Shown here: positions 46,920 to 57,098 of the stretch, piece after piece
Layout of the letters: every line of letters begins with the position of its first letter
Numbering within the stretch: the first letter of the stretch is position 1
From: an uncultured Nitrososphaerales archaeon
GTDB taxonomy: Archaea > Thermoproteota > Nitrososphaeria > Nitrososphaerales > Gagatemarchaeaceae
Reading direction: 5' to 3'
Assembly (NCBI GenBank): GCA_963706445.1
Contig: OY970160.1
Coordinates: 928,001-992,000 of the forward strand
DNA length: 64,000 bases
Made by a program: the position numbers and the translations under genes
The notes under the pieces: generated by a model
Database searches by the model: none
Seen by the model: only the letters and a program-made list of their open reading frames with translations
Told to the model about the DNA's origin: nothing

Positions 46920-48380
46920 TTGGTACTCAAGATCACAGAAGACGGCAAGTTCGTGAAGAGGACCTTCACCCCTTCCCAGGCACTCGACCTGCTTGACAAG
47001 GACGCAGTCAAATTCGTCGACCTTCAGTTCACCGACGTCCCAGGGAGGCTGAGGCATGTGACCATGCCCACGGAGATGATGAACGAGGAGATGTTCTCAG
47101 AAGGGGTCGCGAAACTCGACGGGTCTTCGGTCAGGGGGTTCGTTGACATCAACGAGTCAGATATGCTCCTGGTCCCCGACGCGTCGACCTACGGAGTGGT
47201 CCCCTGGATCGAAGACAGCGTCAAGACGGCGAGGCTGATCTGCGACGTCAGGGGGGGCTACGGCCGAGGAAGGTTCAGCAGGGACCCGAGATACGTCGCT
47301 CAGACGGCCGAGGCGGCGATTCGCCAAGCCGGTTTCACGGACTCGCTCTGGGGCCCCGAGGTGGAATTCTTCGTCTTCGACAGCGTGACCTGGGAGGCGA
47401 ACAACCCGTTCGCATCGGGGTTCAGCATCAAGTCGAAGGAGTCGGCCAACGAAGCCCGGGGGACTAACTTCCCCATCAGGTTCAAAGACGGCTACTACCC
47501 CGCTCAGCCCGTCGATACCCTGAGCGACTTTCGGGGGTACTGCGTGAACTACATGCGGGACGGGTTCGGGATCCTTTCCAACGCGCACCACCATGAGGTC
47601 GCGACGGCTGGGCAGTGCGAGATTGACGTCTACAGGGACGAGCTTGTCACCATGGCAGACAGCACCATGACGTATAAGTTCGTCACCAAGAACGTCGCGA
47701 CAAAGATGGGGATGATAGCCACCACCATGCCGAAGCCTATCTTCGGGGACAATGCGGTGGGGATGCACGTGCACTCGAGCCTCTGGAAGAGCGGGAAGAA
47801 CGCGTTCTTTGACACAACGGACTCCTATGCCGAGCTCAGCCAGGCCGCCCGCTATTACATCGGTGGGATAATGAGCCACAGCAGGGCGCTTTGCGCCATA
47901 GTCGACCCGACCACAAACTCCTACCACAGGCTTGTCCCAGGCTACGAGGCGCCGGTGTACATCGCCTGGAGCAAGATGAACAGGTCGGCCAACGTAAGGA
48001 TACCAGCCTACGAGAAGGGCTCGGAGGGGGCGAAGAGGGTGGAGTTCAGGACTCCGGACCCTTCATGCAACCCATACCTCGCCTTCGCCGCCATCACGGC
48101 CGCCGGACTCGATGGCATGAAGAGGAACCTGGACCCCGGAAATCCAGTCGACCAGGACATCTACAAGCTGACCCCTGAGAAGAGGAAGGAGCTCAGGGTG
48201 GGAGAGCTCCCAGGGAGCCTCAAGGAGGCGGTGGAGAGCCTCCAGAGCGATTCGACGTTCCTGGAGGGGATATTCCCCAAGGACCTTGTTGAAGTGATGA
48301 TGGAGCTCGAGATGGACGCCTACAGATCGGTGGCTGCAAGGCCCCACCCTTACGAGTTCTACCTGTACTTCGATTTGTAA
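46920..48380 (+). CDS. glnA: Glutamine synthetase type I
   Basis: DGSS, GPEVEFF, HHHEVA, MPKP, HVHSS, RLVPGYEAP, EFRTPDP. Confidence 0.97.
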   Translation: MVLKITEDGKFVKRTFTPSQALDLLDKDAVKFVDLQFTDVPGRLRHVTMPTEMMNEEMFSEGVAKLDGSSVRGFVDINESDMLLVPDASTYGVVPWIEDSVKTARLICDVRGGYGRGRFSRDPRYVAQTAEAAIRQAGFTDSLWGPEVEFFVFDSVTWEANNPFASGFSIKSKESANEARGTNFPIRFKDGYYPAQPVDTLSDFRGYCVNYMRDGFGILSNAHHHEVATAGQCEIDVYRDELVTMADSTMTYKFVTKNVATKMGMIATTMPKPIFGDNAVGMHVHSSLWKSGKNAFFDTTDSYAELSQAARYYIGGIMSHSRALCAIVDPTTNSYHRLVPGYEAPVYIAWSKMNRSANVRIPAYEKGSEGAKRVEFRTPDPSCNPYLAFAAITAAGLDGMKRNLDPGNPVDQDIYKLTPEKRKELRVGELPGSLKEAVESLQSDSTFLEGIFPKDLVEVMMELEMDAYRSVAARPHPYEFYLYFDL

Positions 48381-48433
48381 CGACAGCACCATTTCTTGGT
48401 TAGACTGCTTGCCAGTAGTCCAAAAGGGGGTAC

Positions 48434-48449
48434 GGGCCCTGAGGGGCCC
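48434..48449. terminator. GC hairpin between convergent genes
   Basis: GGGCCC-TGAG-GGGCCC inverted repeat downstream of glnA. Confidence 0.35.
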
Positions 48450-48463
48450 AATGCAGATGGTGT

Positions 48464-48667
48464 TTAGACCTGCTTTAGAAGGGCACCTAACACTTCGTGG
48501 GCACTGTTGTAGTTACCCTCTGGGAGGTTCTTCGCGAACCATTCTGCGTTCCCAGGGAGCTGGTCAGACATGTTGTTGCATGCTGCAACGACTTGTGCCC
48601 TGTTCGCTGGGTACTTCACGTGGTTCTTCAGGTGTCCCAGCTCGACCGCGAGGGATGGATTTTCCAT
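48464..48667 (-). CDS. Small hypothetical protein (DUF2795-like)
   Basis: V.YPA.R..VV, LPEG.Y.S..EV pattern. Confidence 0.6.
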   Translation of the reverse strand: MENPSLAVELGHLKNHVKYPANRAQVVAACNNMSDQLPGNAEWFAKNLPEGNYNSAHEVLGALLKQV

Positions 48668-48777
48668 GTTTTAGAGTGAAGCCATCGCCAATTTAAGGCT
48701 GTCTGGCCCCACATCTGTCAGCATCTCAATGCCATTGCTACAAACTCTTCGACGCGTAACTCTAAGCCTGCCCGAAC

Positions 48778-49248
48778 TTACATCACATACAGGTATATCG
48801 AATGAGGCTCCTTCCAACCCGCGGGTGTGACCTCTGTTCGACTCGCAGGCGTCCAATCTGGAATCTCATAGTGAAAATTCACGATTCTGGCGCCAGGTCT
48901 CAGTTCTTTCGCGAACTTCGGCGCCAGTAGGTTAAGGGTGTAGTCCGAGAGATACATGGCAAGGACATCGGCCTTGCGCAAGCTTACCTCCTTGAAGTTG
49001 GAACACCTTATCGTGACCCGATGGGAAAGCCCCATCTCCCTCACCTTTCTGCGGCACTCCGTCACGAGGCGCCTCCGAATCTCCACCCCGACCACCCTGG
49101 CATGGAAGTCTCTTGCCGCTGTTATCACCGTCCTGCCGTCGCCTGAGCCGAGGTCGAACAGCGTCTCGTTTGGTTTTACGGAAGCCAAGGTGAGCATTCT
49201 GGGTATGATGTCTTCCGGCGTCGGGATGTATGGTTCCGAGTAATTCAT
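48778..49248 (-). CDS. Class I SAM-dependent methyltransferase
   Basis: PYIPTP, DLGSGDGR, ELRPGARIV; ATG at 49248. Confidence 0.9.
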   Translation of the reverse strand: MNYSEPYIPTPEDIIPRMLTLASVKPNETLFDLGSGDGRTVITAARDFHARVVGVEIRRRLVTECRRKVREMGLSHRVTIRCSNFKEVSLRKADVLAMYLSDYTLNLLAPKFAKELRPGARIVNFHYEIPDWTPASRTEVTPAGWKEPHSIYLYVM

Positions 49249-49448
49249 GCGTTCCAAGCGGCTTCTCGCCTTAGATAAGCATCGAGACGGCAGAGGTCGC
49301 GGCGACCCAGTTCCCAACTACTGATTTGTCAGAAACATTCATCGCCCCTCAAAGTGCTACTACAAACACTTCGATATCTAGCGATGGAGGGCCCCACACT
49401 TGTCATAGGGAACCTGACTCGACTGACTTCTACAGGCTGTAGACGCCG

Positions 49449-50327
49449 CTACCTTTCCCCGCATCTAAGTTCGCAAAATGGGTCGCCAGCCGAGACGCAC
49501 TTTGTCTCCTGGCATACAACGGCCTTTTCCAGAAGCGCCTGGCCGAGTCCTTCCACATGCCCCCGGATGAATTCGCTTTTGGGGGCCCCAGTCCTTGGCC
49601 CCGTGCATTCAAAGCTGTCGTACAGAAACAGCCTTCCCCTGAACGGCTTGAGGGAGAAATCGGTCAGTTCCACTCTCCCCCAGCCCATGGCGGCATAAAG
49701 AGAGAGAGCTTCAGGGAACCTCTTCTCAAGTCCTTCCCGTCCGAGGATTCGGAGAAGATTCCTAGAGGTCTCCTTTCCGCTGGCGACTCCCATCTGGTGA
49801 ATCATGACCCTCCCTCCTGACCCGAAGACGGTCAACAGATTCTGGAACATCTCTGCGAAGGTGTTCCTGTTCACCACCATCGCTGGCTCGCCTGTGTTCA
49901 GGCGGAGAGGGTAGTGGAGGGTGTCCACCACCATTCCTTCCCTCCCTTCCCTGAAGGCGCAACTGACGACATGAGGGGCACTTCCAACAGCCTGTTCTAT
50001 TCGATCTATCCCTTTCCATTCTGCGCCCGCTTCAGCGAAGAATCCCCACTCTGCGAGACCGGTGCTATTGATGTTCCAGGACGCTGTCGCCACAAGGTTG
50101 ACCCCTGACCGGGCCAGCTCTGCCGAGACTCCAGCCAGAGCGCCTGGGACATTCTTCAGTTCCACGGAACCTTGGAAGACTTGCCGATCGGTCGCGTGAT
50201 AATAGACCATGATCTCCTTCGCTCGGATCAAATCATCGGATTTCGACTTCTCCCAGATGTCGTTCAACCTCTTCCAACTTCCGTCAGGATTGGATTTCCG
50301 GCCTCCACCGCTACTCATGATTCTCAT
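49449..50327 (-). CDS. ACT + V4R domain protein
   Basis: KNVPGALAGV..L..GVNL (ACT); GWG, SFEC, ETKC...GDPFCE (V4R). Confidence 0.82.
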   Translation of the reverse strand: MRIMSSGGGRKSNPDGSWKRLNDIWEKSKSDDLIRAKEIMVYYHATDRQVFQGSVELKNVPGALAGVSAELARSGVNLVATASWNINSTGLAEWGFFAEAGAEWKGIDRIEQAVGSAPHVVSCAFREGREGMVVDTLHYPLRLNTGEPAMVVNRNTFAEMFQNLLTVFGSGGRVMIHQMGVASGKETSRNLLRILGREGLEKRFPEALSLYAAMGWGRVELTDFSLKPFRGRLFLYDSFECTGPRTGAPKSEFIRGHVEGLGQALLEKAVVCQETKCVSAGDPFCELRCGER

Positions 50328-50445
50328 TCGCCCTTGAAATAGATGAGCAGGGGGGTGCCCTAATGTATACTACGTTTACAAGTGAACATTTGGGGCCAAT
50401 TCGAACACAGACGAAACTTATTATCAAACCTCCTTGCACAGCGTC

Positions 50446-50970
50446 ATGAGCGGCGTGAGTGTCACCAGGACGTTGCGCCTCGACAAGGAACTTGACGAGG
50501 TTCTCCAGAAGATAGCGTTGTAAGAGAAGGTCTCGGTCAACACATTGGTCAACCGGCTGCTGAGGAAGTTTACGGACTGGGATGTCCACGCACGGAGGTT
50601 TGGGATGGTAGCGTTGACACCGGCGATGATGGTAAAGCTGATGGAGCGGCAGTTGGACGATGAAGCACGGGAGCTGGGAAGGACGACCGTCCGAGACTCC
50701 GCGAGAGGAGCGGTGGAATCAATCTTTGTCGATTTCACTCCCAGCTACGCCATGGAGTTTCTGCGAAGGTTCGGGCAATATGCGGGCCGATTCGAGTTTG
50801 AGCACAGCGAGGAGGGAAGGAAGCATGTAATCTTGATCAGGCATGGGACAGGCATGAAGTGGTCCATGTACTACGAGGGCGTCATCAGGGGGATCTTCGA
50901 AGATGGTCTAGCCATGAAGGTCCAGGTACGGGCGACACCGGACGCATGCATAGCGAGATTGGAGCTGTAG
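50446..50970 (+). pseudogene. Ribbon-helix-helix protein with C-terminal ligand-binding-like domain, interrupted by in-frame TAA
   Basis: MSGVSVTRTLRLDKELDEVLQKIAL*EKVSVNTLVNRLLRKF...; TAA at 50521-50523 inside the RHH. Confidence 0.75.
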
Positions 50971-51000
50971 TCCAGCTGAGGGTCGGTGGCCCGCCAGCTA

Positions 51001-51417
51001 TCAGATTGTGAATCTGAGGAAGTTGGAGAAGGCGAACGCGGGGACTGCTAGGTAGATCAGCTCGTGGTGGATGAAGCCCCACCCGCCGCTGTCCTTGGCG
51101 CGGTCCACCGCGAGGTCGAGCAGAAGGCACGCGGTTGCTATGGCGATTGTGCTGACCATTCCCGTCCAGAAGTCGTTCCAGACTATCTGGATGTACCCAA
51201 GGAGTATCAGGAAGGACAGCGCGACGTAGCCCAAGGGGAGGAAGATGAAGAGGAAACTCCGGTGGTGCAGGCGATGCTTCCCGAAGAAGAACGGCCTGGC
51301 CACACCCCTCTTGAACATCTCATCCCCGAACTCGTTGAGAGCGGAAGCTATCGCAAGGGTGGCTACGAACCCTACCAGCAGACCGAAGTGCAGGTTCCCT
51401 ACAAATGGCAAAGTCAT
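51001..51417 (-). CDS. Hypothetical membrane protein with His pairs
   Basis: Three to four TMs; RLHH and IHHE motifs. Confidence 0.65.
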   Translation of the reverse strand: MTLPFVGNLHFGLLVGFVATLAIASALNEFGDEMFKRGVARPFFFGKHRLHHRSFLFIFLPLGYVALSFLILLGYIQIVWNDFWTGMVSTIAIATACLLLDLAVDRAKDSGGWGFIHHELIYLAVPAFAFSNFLRFTI

Positions 51418-51620
51418 TGTGTTCGCTTCTATGGACTATCTCCCCCTACTCCAGGGTCAGATAAAAAGGCATGACAACGATGTACTCTCACGGAGGATGA
51501 CACTGCGGGATAGCTCGACTTCGTCGAGATCTTGGGACATCCTCGGAATGCTGCCGCGGAATTCAACGAAGATGTTAGATGTTGATTCACGTCAGAATTA
51601 TCGGGGGGACCTTTTCGCCT

Positions 51621-53510
51621 CTATGTGAGCCTGCTTCGGATGGCATCCCTCAGAACCCGCGCCACGACGGCTCCGTCCGCCTTTCCACGCAGTTCCTTCA
51701 TCACTTCTCCCATCATCGGAGAGAACGCAGATTCCCCCTTCTCCGCCAAAAGCCCCCTGTTCTTCTCGACCAACGACTCGACCACCTCCCTAATCCGCGA
51801 CTCCCCCGCAGTCTCGAGACCCAGCGACATCACAGCTGCCTCCAGGGAGACGCCACTAGTCCCAGCGAACTTCAAGATGTCCGGGATCGCCTCCTTGGCC
51901 GCTTTTCCAACTGATACAAGCCGGAGAGCATCCGAAAGAATCGGGAGGGTTAGCGCCTCTTCCGGGACCCCTTCCCTACTCAGCCTGGCAGGCACGTCCA
52001 CCAGGACCGAAGCGATTATCGACGGTTCGACCTTGAGCCGTTTCGTCAGCTCCTCGAAGTCCTCGTCGAGTTCGGCGTCGTAGATCTTCAGAGCCAGGTC
52101 TCTGCTCAGAGAATGGGACTCGGCGAGCCGAGAGACCCTCGCCTCCCAGTTTTCAGGGACCGACTTCGAGGCCGCTTCCAGCCTTACGCTCGTAATAGGA
52201 ATGTTAGGGATGTCGGTCTCCGGATACATCCTCTGCGAGCCGGGCCTCGGCCGCATGTATCTCGTCTCGCCTGACTCCGTCGCGGCCCGGGTCTCAGCCG
52301 GGACCCCGAGAGGGGCGAGCTCGAGCCTTGCGATAAGTTTAGGGACACACCCGTCTACCAAAGATTGAGGCCCGGTCAAAAGCAGGATGGCATCCTGGTC
52401 CCCGGCGCCCGTCAACTCTCGGATCTTCGACCCTTCTTCTCTTGTGATCCCCTGCTTCTCGAATTCGTCTGAGTGCATGATCCCTCCCAACGAGCCCGCT
52501 CTCGCGACCTCCGCGAGCTCTTTCCCGAGCCTGACCCCGGGGAAAGGTTCCCACCCCAGCATGCCATGCATGCCTGTGGCAACGATGGCCACAAGCTTTC
52601 CGCCTGCGGCTACTTTTTGCCTGATCAGTTTGGAGGACGTGCCAGGCATCGCCTTCGTCAGATCCATCCTACGGCACCGAACCTTCCGGATGCCCCTCTC
52701 ACGAAGGCGGGAGGCCACCGCGCTGAGCGCCATCTGTCGGGCGCGCTCATACTCCACGACCCTTGGAAGGAGGTTCAGCTTTTGGACTCCCTTCACTTCC
52801 ACAACGGCTCCACCGTCCAGCGAGACGTTGAGGTCCTGACGAATCGTACCCAGCCCTCGGGCGACGCGTCCCGTCGAACGCAGGACCCGTCCGAGGTAAA
52901 GGGCCACCCTTCCGACAACCTCGGGGTCCCCTTTCACAGGCTCAAGGGCGACCTCCACGAGTGCGACTCCCAGCCTGTCTAGTGCGAAGCGGCGGGAGCC
53001 GCCGTCTTCTCCGAGGATCCTTGCGGCGTCCTCCTCCAAGGTGACAGACTGAACACCAACCTTTGTCCCCCCCACGTTAATCTGCCCTCCGAGGCCAACC
53101 ACGGTGGTCCTCTGGAAGCCCGCGGTGTTGGACCCGTCGATGACAATCTTCCTCATCACGTGCACTTCGTCGACGAGGTTGGACCCGAGGGTCTTGGCCA
53201 CAAGGATCGCCGAATCGAGTTCCTCTTCGCTCAGTGGGTGGGGGGGTTCCTCGTCAGCTTCCACTAGACAGGACGACTCGGGACTCCAATAGTAGCTGTT
53301 CGACTTCCCCTTCGAGTATTCGAAAATCGCCGCAGGGTCGACGCCCCCTGTCTCGCTCTGGGCGGGCCTCAGTCGTCTCTCGAACCGGTACGGGAGCTCC
53401 TCGGACTTCAAAGGAGGGCAGGAGCAGAAGAGCTTGGTGCTACAAGAGAGCTGCTGGTGGACTTCGAGGCCTACAAGCAGCCCGTCCCTGGAGCCGGAGG
53501 GCTTGCTCAT
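51621..53510 (-). CDS. gatE: Glu-tRNA(Gln) amidotransferase subunit E
   Basis: GLEVHQQL, DEEPP, RK.VIDGSNT.GFQRT, RMYPETD. Confidence 0.97.
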   Translation of the reverse strand: MSKPSGSRDGLLVGLEVHQQLSCSTKLFCSCPPLKSEELPYRFERRLRPAQSETGGVDPAAIFEYSKGKSNSYYWSPESSCLVEADEEPPHPLSEEELDSAILVAKTLGSNLVDEVHVMRKIVIDGSNTAGFQRTTVVGLGGQINVGGTKVGVQSVTLEEDAARILGEDGGSRRFALDRLGVALVEVALEPVKGDPEVVGRVALYLGRVLRSTGRVARGLGTIRQDLNVSLDGGAVVEVKGVQKLNLLPRVVEYERARQMALSAVASRLRERGIRKVRCRRMDLTKAMPGTSSKLIRQKVAAGGKLVAIVATGMHGMLGWEPFPGVRLGKELAEVARAGSLGGIMHSDEFEKQGITREEGSKIRELTGAGDQDAILLLTGPQSLVDGCVPKLIARLELAPLGVPAETRAATESGETRYMRPRPGSQRMYPETDIPNIPITSVRLEAASKSVPENWEARVSRLAESHSLSRDLALKIYDAELDEDFEELTKRLKVEPSIIASVLVDVPARLSREGVPEEALTLPILSDALRLVSVGKAAKEAIPDILKFAGTSGVSLEAAVMSLGLETAGESRIREVVESLVEKNRGLLAEKGESAFSPMMGEVMKELRGKADGAVVARVLRDAIRSRLT

Positions 53511-54823
53511 TTCTTCTCTGGAAACGTCCTGGTCGTCGTCTCCCCGGTTATGTCGCTAATGATGAGCTCCTTCGCCTTGTCGATGCTCGTGCTGTTGCCG
53601 AGGGCCCACATCGCCTTCACCAACGCCGTTTCGCTAAGCATGTCCTCGAGTGGGATCACTCCCGCTTCCAAGAGGTCTCTCCCCGTCGCGTACACGTTGA
53701 GGTCCACCCTCCCCTCGATGCATTGGGAGGTCATGAAGACAAGCCGCCCTCCCTTGACGAACGCCCTGAGTTCCTGCATCACTTCCTTGTCCACATGGCC
53801 AAGGCCGGTGCCCTCTACTATGAGCGCTTTGGCACCCCCCTTTTTGGCCGCCGCCACCAGAGAACCCGCCATCGATGGATAGAACTTGAGCAGCGCGACC
53901 CCTTCGTCGAACCTGACACGGGGCTTGAAAGGTCCTCCCCTCTTCGGGAGGCCTTCCCCGACGAACTCCAAACCTGACCTTCCCCATACGGCGGCGAAGG
54001 GGACTCCGACGGAGACGAAGGCATCCCGCCTGCTTGTGTGGTTCTTCCTGACCCTATTTCCCCGGTGGAATACCACCTTGTCGTCGTCCTCCCCCAGGTG
54101 CATCGCCACGTAGACCCCGGAAAACTCAGCCCGTCCGGCGACATAGGTCGAAGCCAGCAGGTTCAGGGGGGCGTCTGAGGACGGCCGGTCGGACGACCTC
54201 TGGGCCCCGACAAGGATCACGGGGATCGGAACACCGGCGAGGGCGAAGCTGAGGGCGGCCGCTGTATATCCGAGGGTGTCGGTGCCGTGGGTTATGACCA
54301 CCCCATCGACTCCGTCGTCGACCGCCTTCTTGACCCGCTGGGCGAGCTTAGTCCAGTGCTTCGGGGTGATGTTCTCGCTCAATATGTCGAACATTATCTC
54401 CGGCTCGACCCTTGCGATTTCGGACAGCTCCGGCACGAGAGAGTGGAGCTCTGCCGAGGACACCGCAGGGTGGACCGCCCCAGTCTTGTAGTCGATCCTG
54501 CTCGCGATGGTCCCACCTGTGCCAAGTATGAGGACTCGGGGGAGTCCCTTGGCGGGCTTTGGAGGCAGTGGGGCGGTGAAGGAAGGCTTCTCCCCTTTCT
54601 CCTTCACCTTCGCGCTTTTCAGTCCGGAGAGGCTGAGTCCGACGTTGTATCCCGACTTTAATTTCAGTACGATGTAGTCCCCGACACCATACGCGTAGCG
54701 TGGCACAAGGGTCCCCGTGACCGTACCCCAGTCAGTTTGGACCTCAAGGACGTCCCCGATGGACGCCCCTGCCTGATTGAGGAAACGCACGGCGTCCTCC
54801 CTGTAACCCGAGAGGTCCCCCAT
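53507..54823 (-). CDS. gatD: Glu-tRNA(Gln) amidotransferase subunit D
   Basis: KLKSGYNVG, TGGTIAS, HGTDT, QRSSDRPSSD. Confidence 0.97.
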   Translation of the reverse strand: MGDLSGYREDAVRFLNQAGASIGDVLEVQTDWGTVTGTLVPRYAYGVGDYIVLKLKSGYNVGLSLSGLKSAKVKEKGEKPSFTAPLPPKPAKGLPRVLILGTGGTIASRIDYKTGAVHPAVSSAELHSLVPELSEIARVEPEIMFDILSENITPKHWTKLAQRVKKAVDDGVDGVVITHGTDTLGYTAAALSFALAGVPIPVILVGAQRSSDRPSSDAPLNLLASTYVAGRAEFSGVYVAMHLGEDDDKVVFHRGNRVRKNHTSRRDAFVSVGVPFAAVWGRSGLEFVGEGLPKRGGPFKPRVRFDEGVALLKFYPSMAGSLVAAAKKGGAKALIVEGTGLGHVDKEVMQELRAFVKGGRLVFMTSQCIEGRVDLNVYATGRDLLEAGVIPLEDMLSETALVKAMWALGNSTSIDKAKELIISDITGETTTRTFPEKK

Positions 54824-54875
54824 GCGAAGGGAGCCGACCCGGTTCTGTCTTAAAGTATTGTTGGGGAATGCGGCT

Positions 54876-56471
54876 CTAGTCCAGTGGTCTGGCCATGTAC
54901 GGTCCTTCCCGTTCGTACCCCCGCCTTCGGTAGTAGTTCCGGGTCCCGACAGCGCTGGTGACGAGGAGCTTCTTCGCGCCGAATGTTTCCCTGGCCTGTT
55001 TCTCCATTTTTTCCATAAGAGATGTCCCGAGCCCTCTGTGCTGCCACGCGGCCTCCTCCCTTTCCCCGAGCTTGACGACTTGGCCGTAGACCCTCAGCTC
55101 TCTTATGATTGCCGCGTTGTCCACCTCACGCCTGTGGGCCGATGGGGAGGGGACCCGCATCCGCACGAAGGCGGAGATTACCCCCGAGTCCCTGAACTCG
55201 AAAGACCCAAAAACTTCCTCTCCCTCCGACGCCCTGTACCTCGTTTCCTTGTACTGCAGGGTGTCTTCCCCGGCGAACGAATCTGGAGCTCTGAGGGCGA
55301 CTTCCCGGCATCTGATGCATCTGCAGTCAATCCCTTTCTGCCTGGCCCTTTCTAGGACGAGCTGCCGCAGGTTGCCGCAGGGGACTCCTCCCTGTATCTC
55401 GCTGGCAGGGATCTCCCTCTGGATCCTCATTATCCTGTGCCAGGGCGGGACGAACCTCTTCATCTCGCTCAACAGCTCCACCACGGTCTCCACGGGGTAT
55501 GGCTCGAAGAGCCCCACTTCGAACTGGCGAGCCAGGGAGGTTCCAGGGATTACCAGGGTGGGATAGAGCTTCGACATGTCGGGCCTGAAGGCTACGTCTT
55601 CGAATAGCCGCTTGAGGTCCTCGAGGTCTTCCTGCGGAGTGGCGCTAGGGAGCCCGGGCATCATGTGGGCCGTGACCTTCAGGCCGGCGTCTCTGGCGAC
55701 CTTGAAGGCCTGCGCGGTGTCGTCCACGCTGTGCCCTCGGTTGCTCCTCGTGAGCACGTTGTCACGGAGGCTTTGGACACCTATCTCCAAACGAGTTATC
55801 CCGTAGGCGAGCATCAGATCGATATCCTGGGGCCGGCACCAGTCGGGCTTCGACTCGAGGGTGAGCCCCACGCAGCGGCTGGCGGCTGACTCGTTGAACA
55901 CCTGTGCCTCCTCGAGCGAAGATGACTTCACGCCGTTGAGGCCTTCGTAGACTCCCTTGACGAAGTCAGTCTGGTAGTCCTTGGGGACGGCGATGAACGT
56001 CCCGCCCTCTATTATCGTCTCCACTTTGGAGATTTCGTGGCCGTTAGCGGTGTATTTGGCGAGAGATCGCTTGACCTGGAGGCAGGGGTCGAACTTGGCG
56101 TCGAGGGCGGTTTTCATTCCGGGGCTCTGCGGGAGGTACGACTGCGGCGTTCCCACTGAGGGCCCGCCGGGACAGAAGACGCAGGTACCGTGGGGGCAGA
56201 GGAAAGGGGCGGAGAAGGCTGTCACGACCACGATTCCGGAGGCGCTCCGCCGGGGGTGAACCCTGAGGATTTCGACAAACTCTGGCTTGGCTCCAGGTCC
56301 AAGGTGGACGAGGATTTCGGAATTGGAGGGATACCGGTCCAGCGAATAATCCGAAGCGGCCTTCTTCTTCAGCTTCTCGAGCTGAAGGCGGGAGCCTATC
56401 TTGCCCTGGGAGACCTGTTCGGCGATGTAAGCGGCGGCTGCTTTCAGTTCTTCAGAGGCCTGTTCGGTCAC
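54876..56471 (-). CDS. elp3: Elp3 tRNA uridine(34) acetyltransferase (radical SAM + GNAT)
   Basis: [32 protein letters not shown]. Confidence 0.95.
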   Translation of the reverse strand: MTEQASEELKAAAAYIAEQVSQGKIGSRLQLEKLKKKAASDYSLDRYPSNSEILVHLGPGAKPEFVEILRVHPRRSASGIVVVTAFSAPFLCPHGTCVFCPGGPSVGTPQSYLPQSPGMKTALDAKFDPCLQVKRSLAKYTANGHEISKVETIIEGGTFIAVPKDYQTDFVKGVYEGLNGVKSSSLEEAQVFNESAASRCVGLTLESKPDWCRPQDIDLMLAYGITRLEIGVQSLRDNVLTRSNRGHSVDDTAQAFKVARDAGLKVTAHMMPGLPSATPQEDLEDLKRLFEDVAFRPDMSKLYPTLVIPGTSLARQFEVGLFEPYPVETVVELLSEMKRFVPPWHRIMRIQREIPASEIQGGVPCGNLRQLVLERARQKGIDCRCIRCREVALRAPDSFAGEDTLQYKETRYRASEGEEVFGSFEFRDSGVISAFVRMRVPSPSAHRREVDNAAIIRELRVYGQVVKLGEREEAAWQHRGLGTSLMEKMEKQARETFGAKKLLVTSAVGTRNYYRRRGYEREGPYMARPLD

Positions 56472-56635
56472 CGGCGCATCCAGTTCTGACCTGGCTTGCG
56501 CTTCAGAGTAAAGCGTTTCTCGTAGGTCCGCTTGTTCCGGACCTTGGGGATTTTACTCGCCTTGGGCTTTCCTTCTAGCTTGGGAGTCTGACTCCGAACT
56601 TTTCCAGCCTTTGTAAGGGATCCGTGAGTTGGAAC
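56468..56635 (-). CDS. rps30e: 30S ribosomal protein S30e (55 aa, not in ORF track)
   Basis: Manual translation (M)[18 protein letters not shown]...; first codon GTT with in-frame TAG three codons upstream; stop overlaps the elp3 GTG. Confidence 0.93.
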   Translation of the reverse strand, partial: VPTHGSLTKAGKVRSQTPKLEGKPKASKIPKVRNKRTYEKRFTLKRKPGQNWMRR

Positions 56636-56713
56636 GGCTTTCTACCTCTTTTATCTCCAACCGCCGAAGTTGGTATTTATCTGTAGCCCTCGCATTGTTG
56701 GGTCATCTCGGCG

Positions 56714-57057
56714 TTGATACGCATCGAAAAGTCCGTTTACTCTCCTATCAATCCTTCCGACGGCAGACGAGTCCTCGTCATGACCCTCTGGCCAAGAGGG
56801 GTATCGAAGGCCAAGGTCGACGCCTGGATGAAGAGCTCGGGACCCCGAGGGATCTGATCAAGCGGTACAAGGCGGGGAAGGTAACGTGGAGGGAGTTTAC
56901 CGCCGAGTACAAGCGGTCACTGAAGGGAAAGGAGGAACTACTGAAGGGCATAGCCCGAGAGTCAAAGCGTGGGACGATAACGCTCCTGTGCGTCGAAAAA
57001 GACAGTGCCCGATGCCACAGGTCCATCCTCAAGGAACAAATCGAAAAGTACCTCTGA
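56714..57057 (+). pseudogene. DUF488/YeaO-family gene with a 1-nt frameshift
   Basis: MIRIEKSVYSPINPSDGRRVLVMTLWPRGVSKAKVDAWMK in one frame; ELGTPRDL...TLLCVE...CHR in the -1 frame; junction near 56833. Confidence 0.8.
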
Positions 57058-57098
57058 AACCCTTTAATGGTAAGTGGCGGGAGCGGAGCTGAACTCTG

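Noticed and set aside
51418-51620. 200-bp intergenic region as a C/D box sRNA
   Set aside because: No properly arranged RUGAUGA/CUGA boxes found; part of it is the promoter of the 51001-51417 gene.
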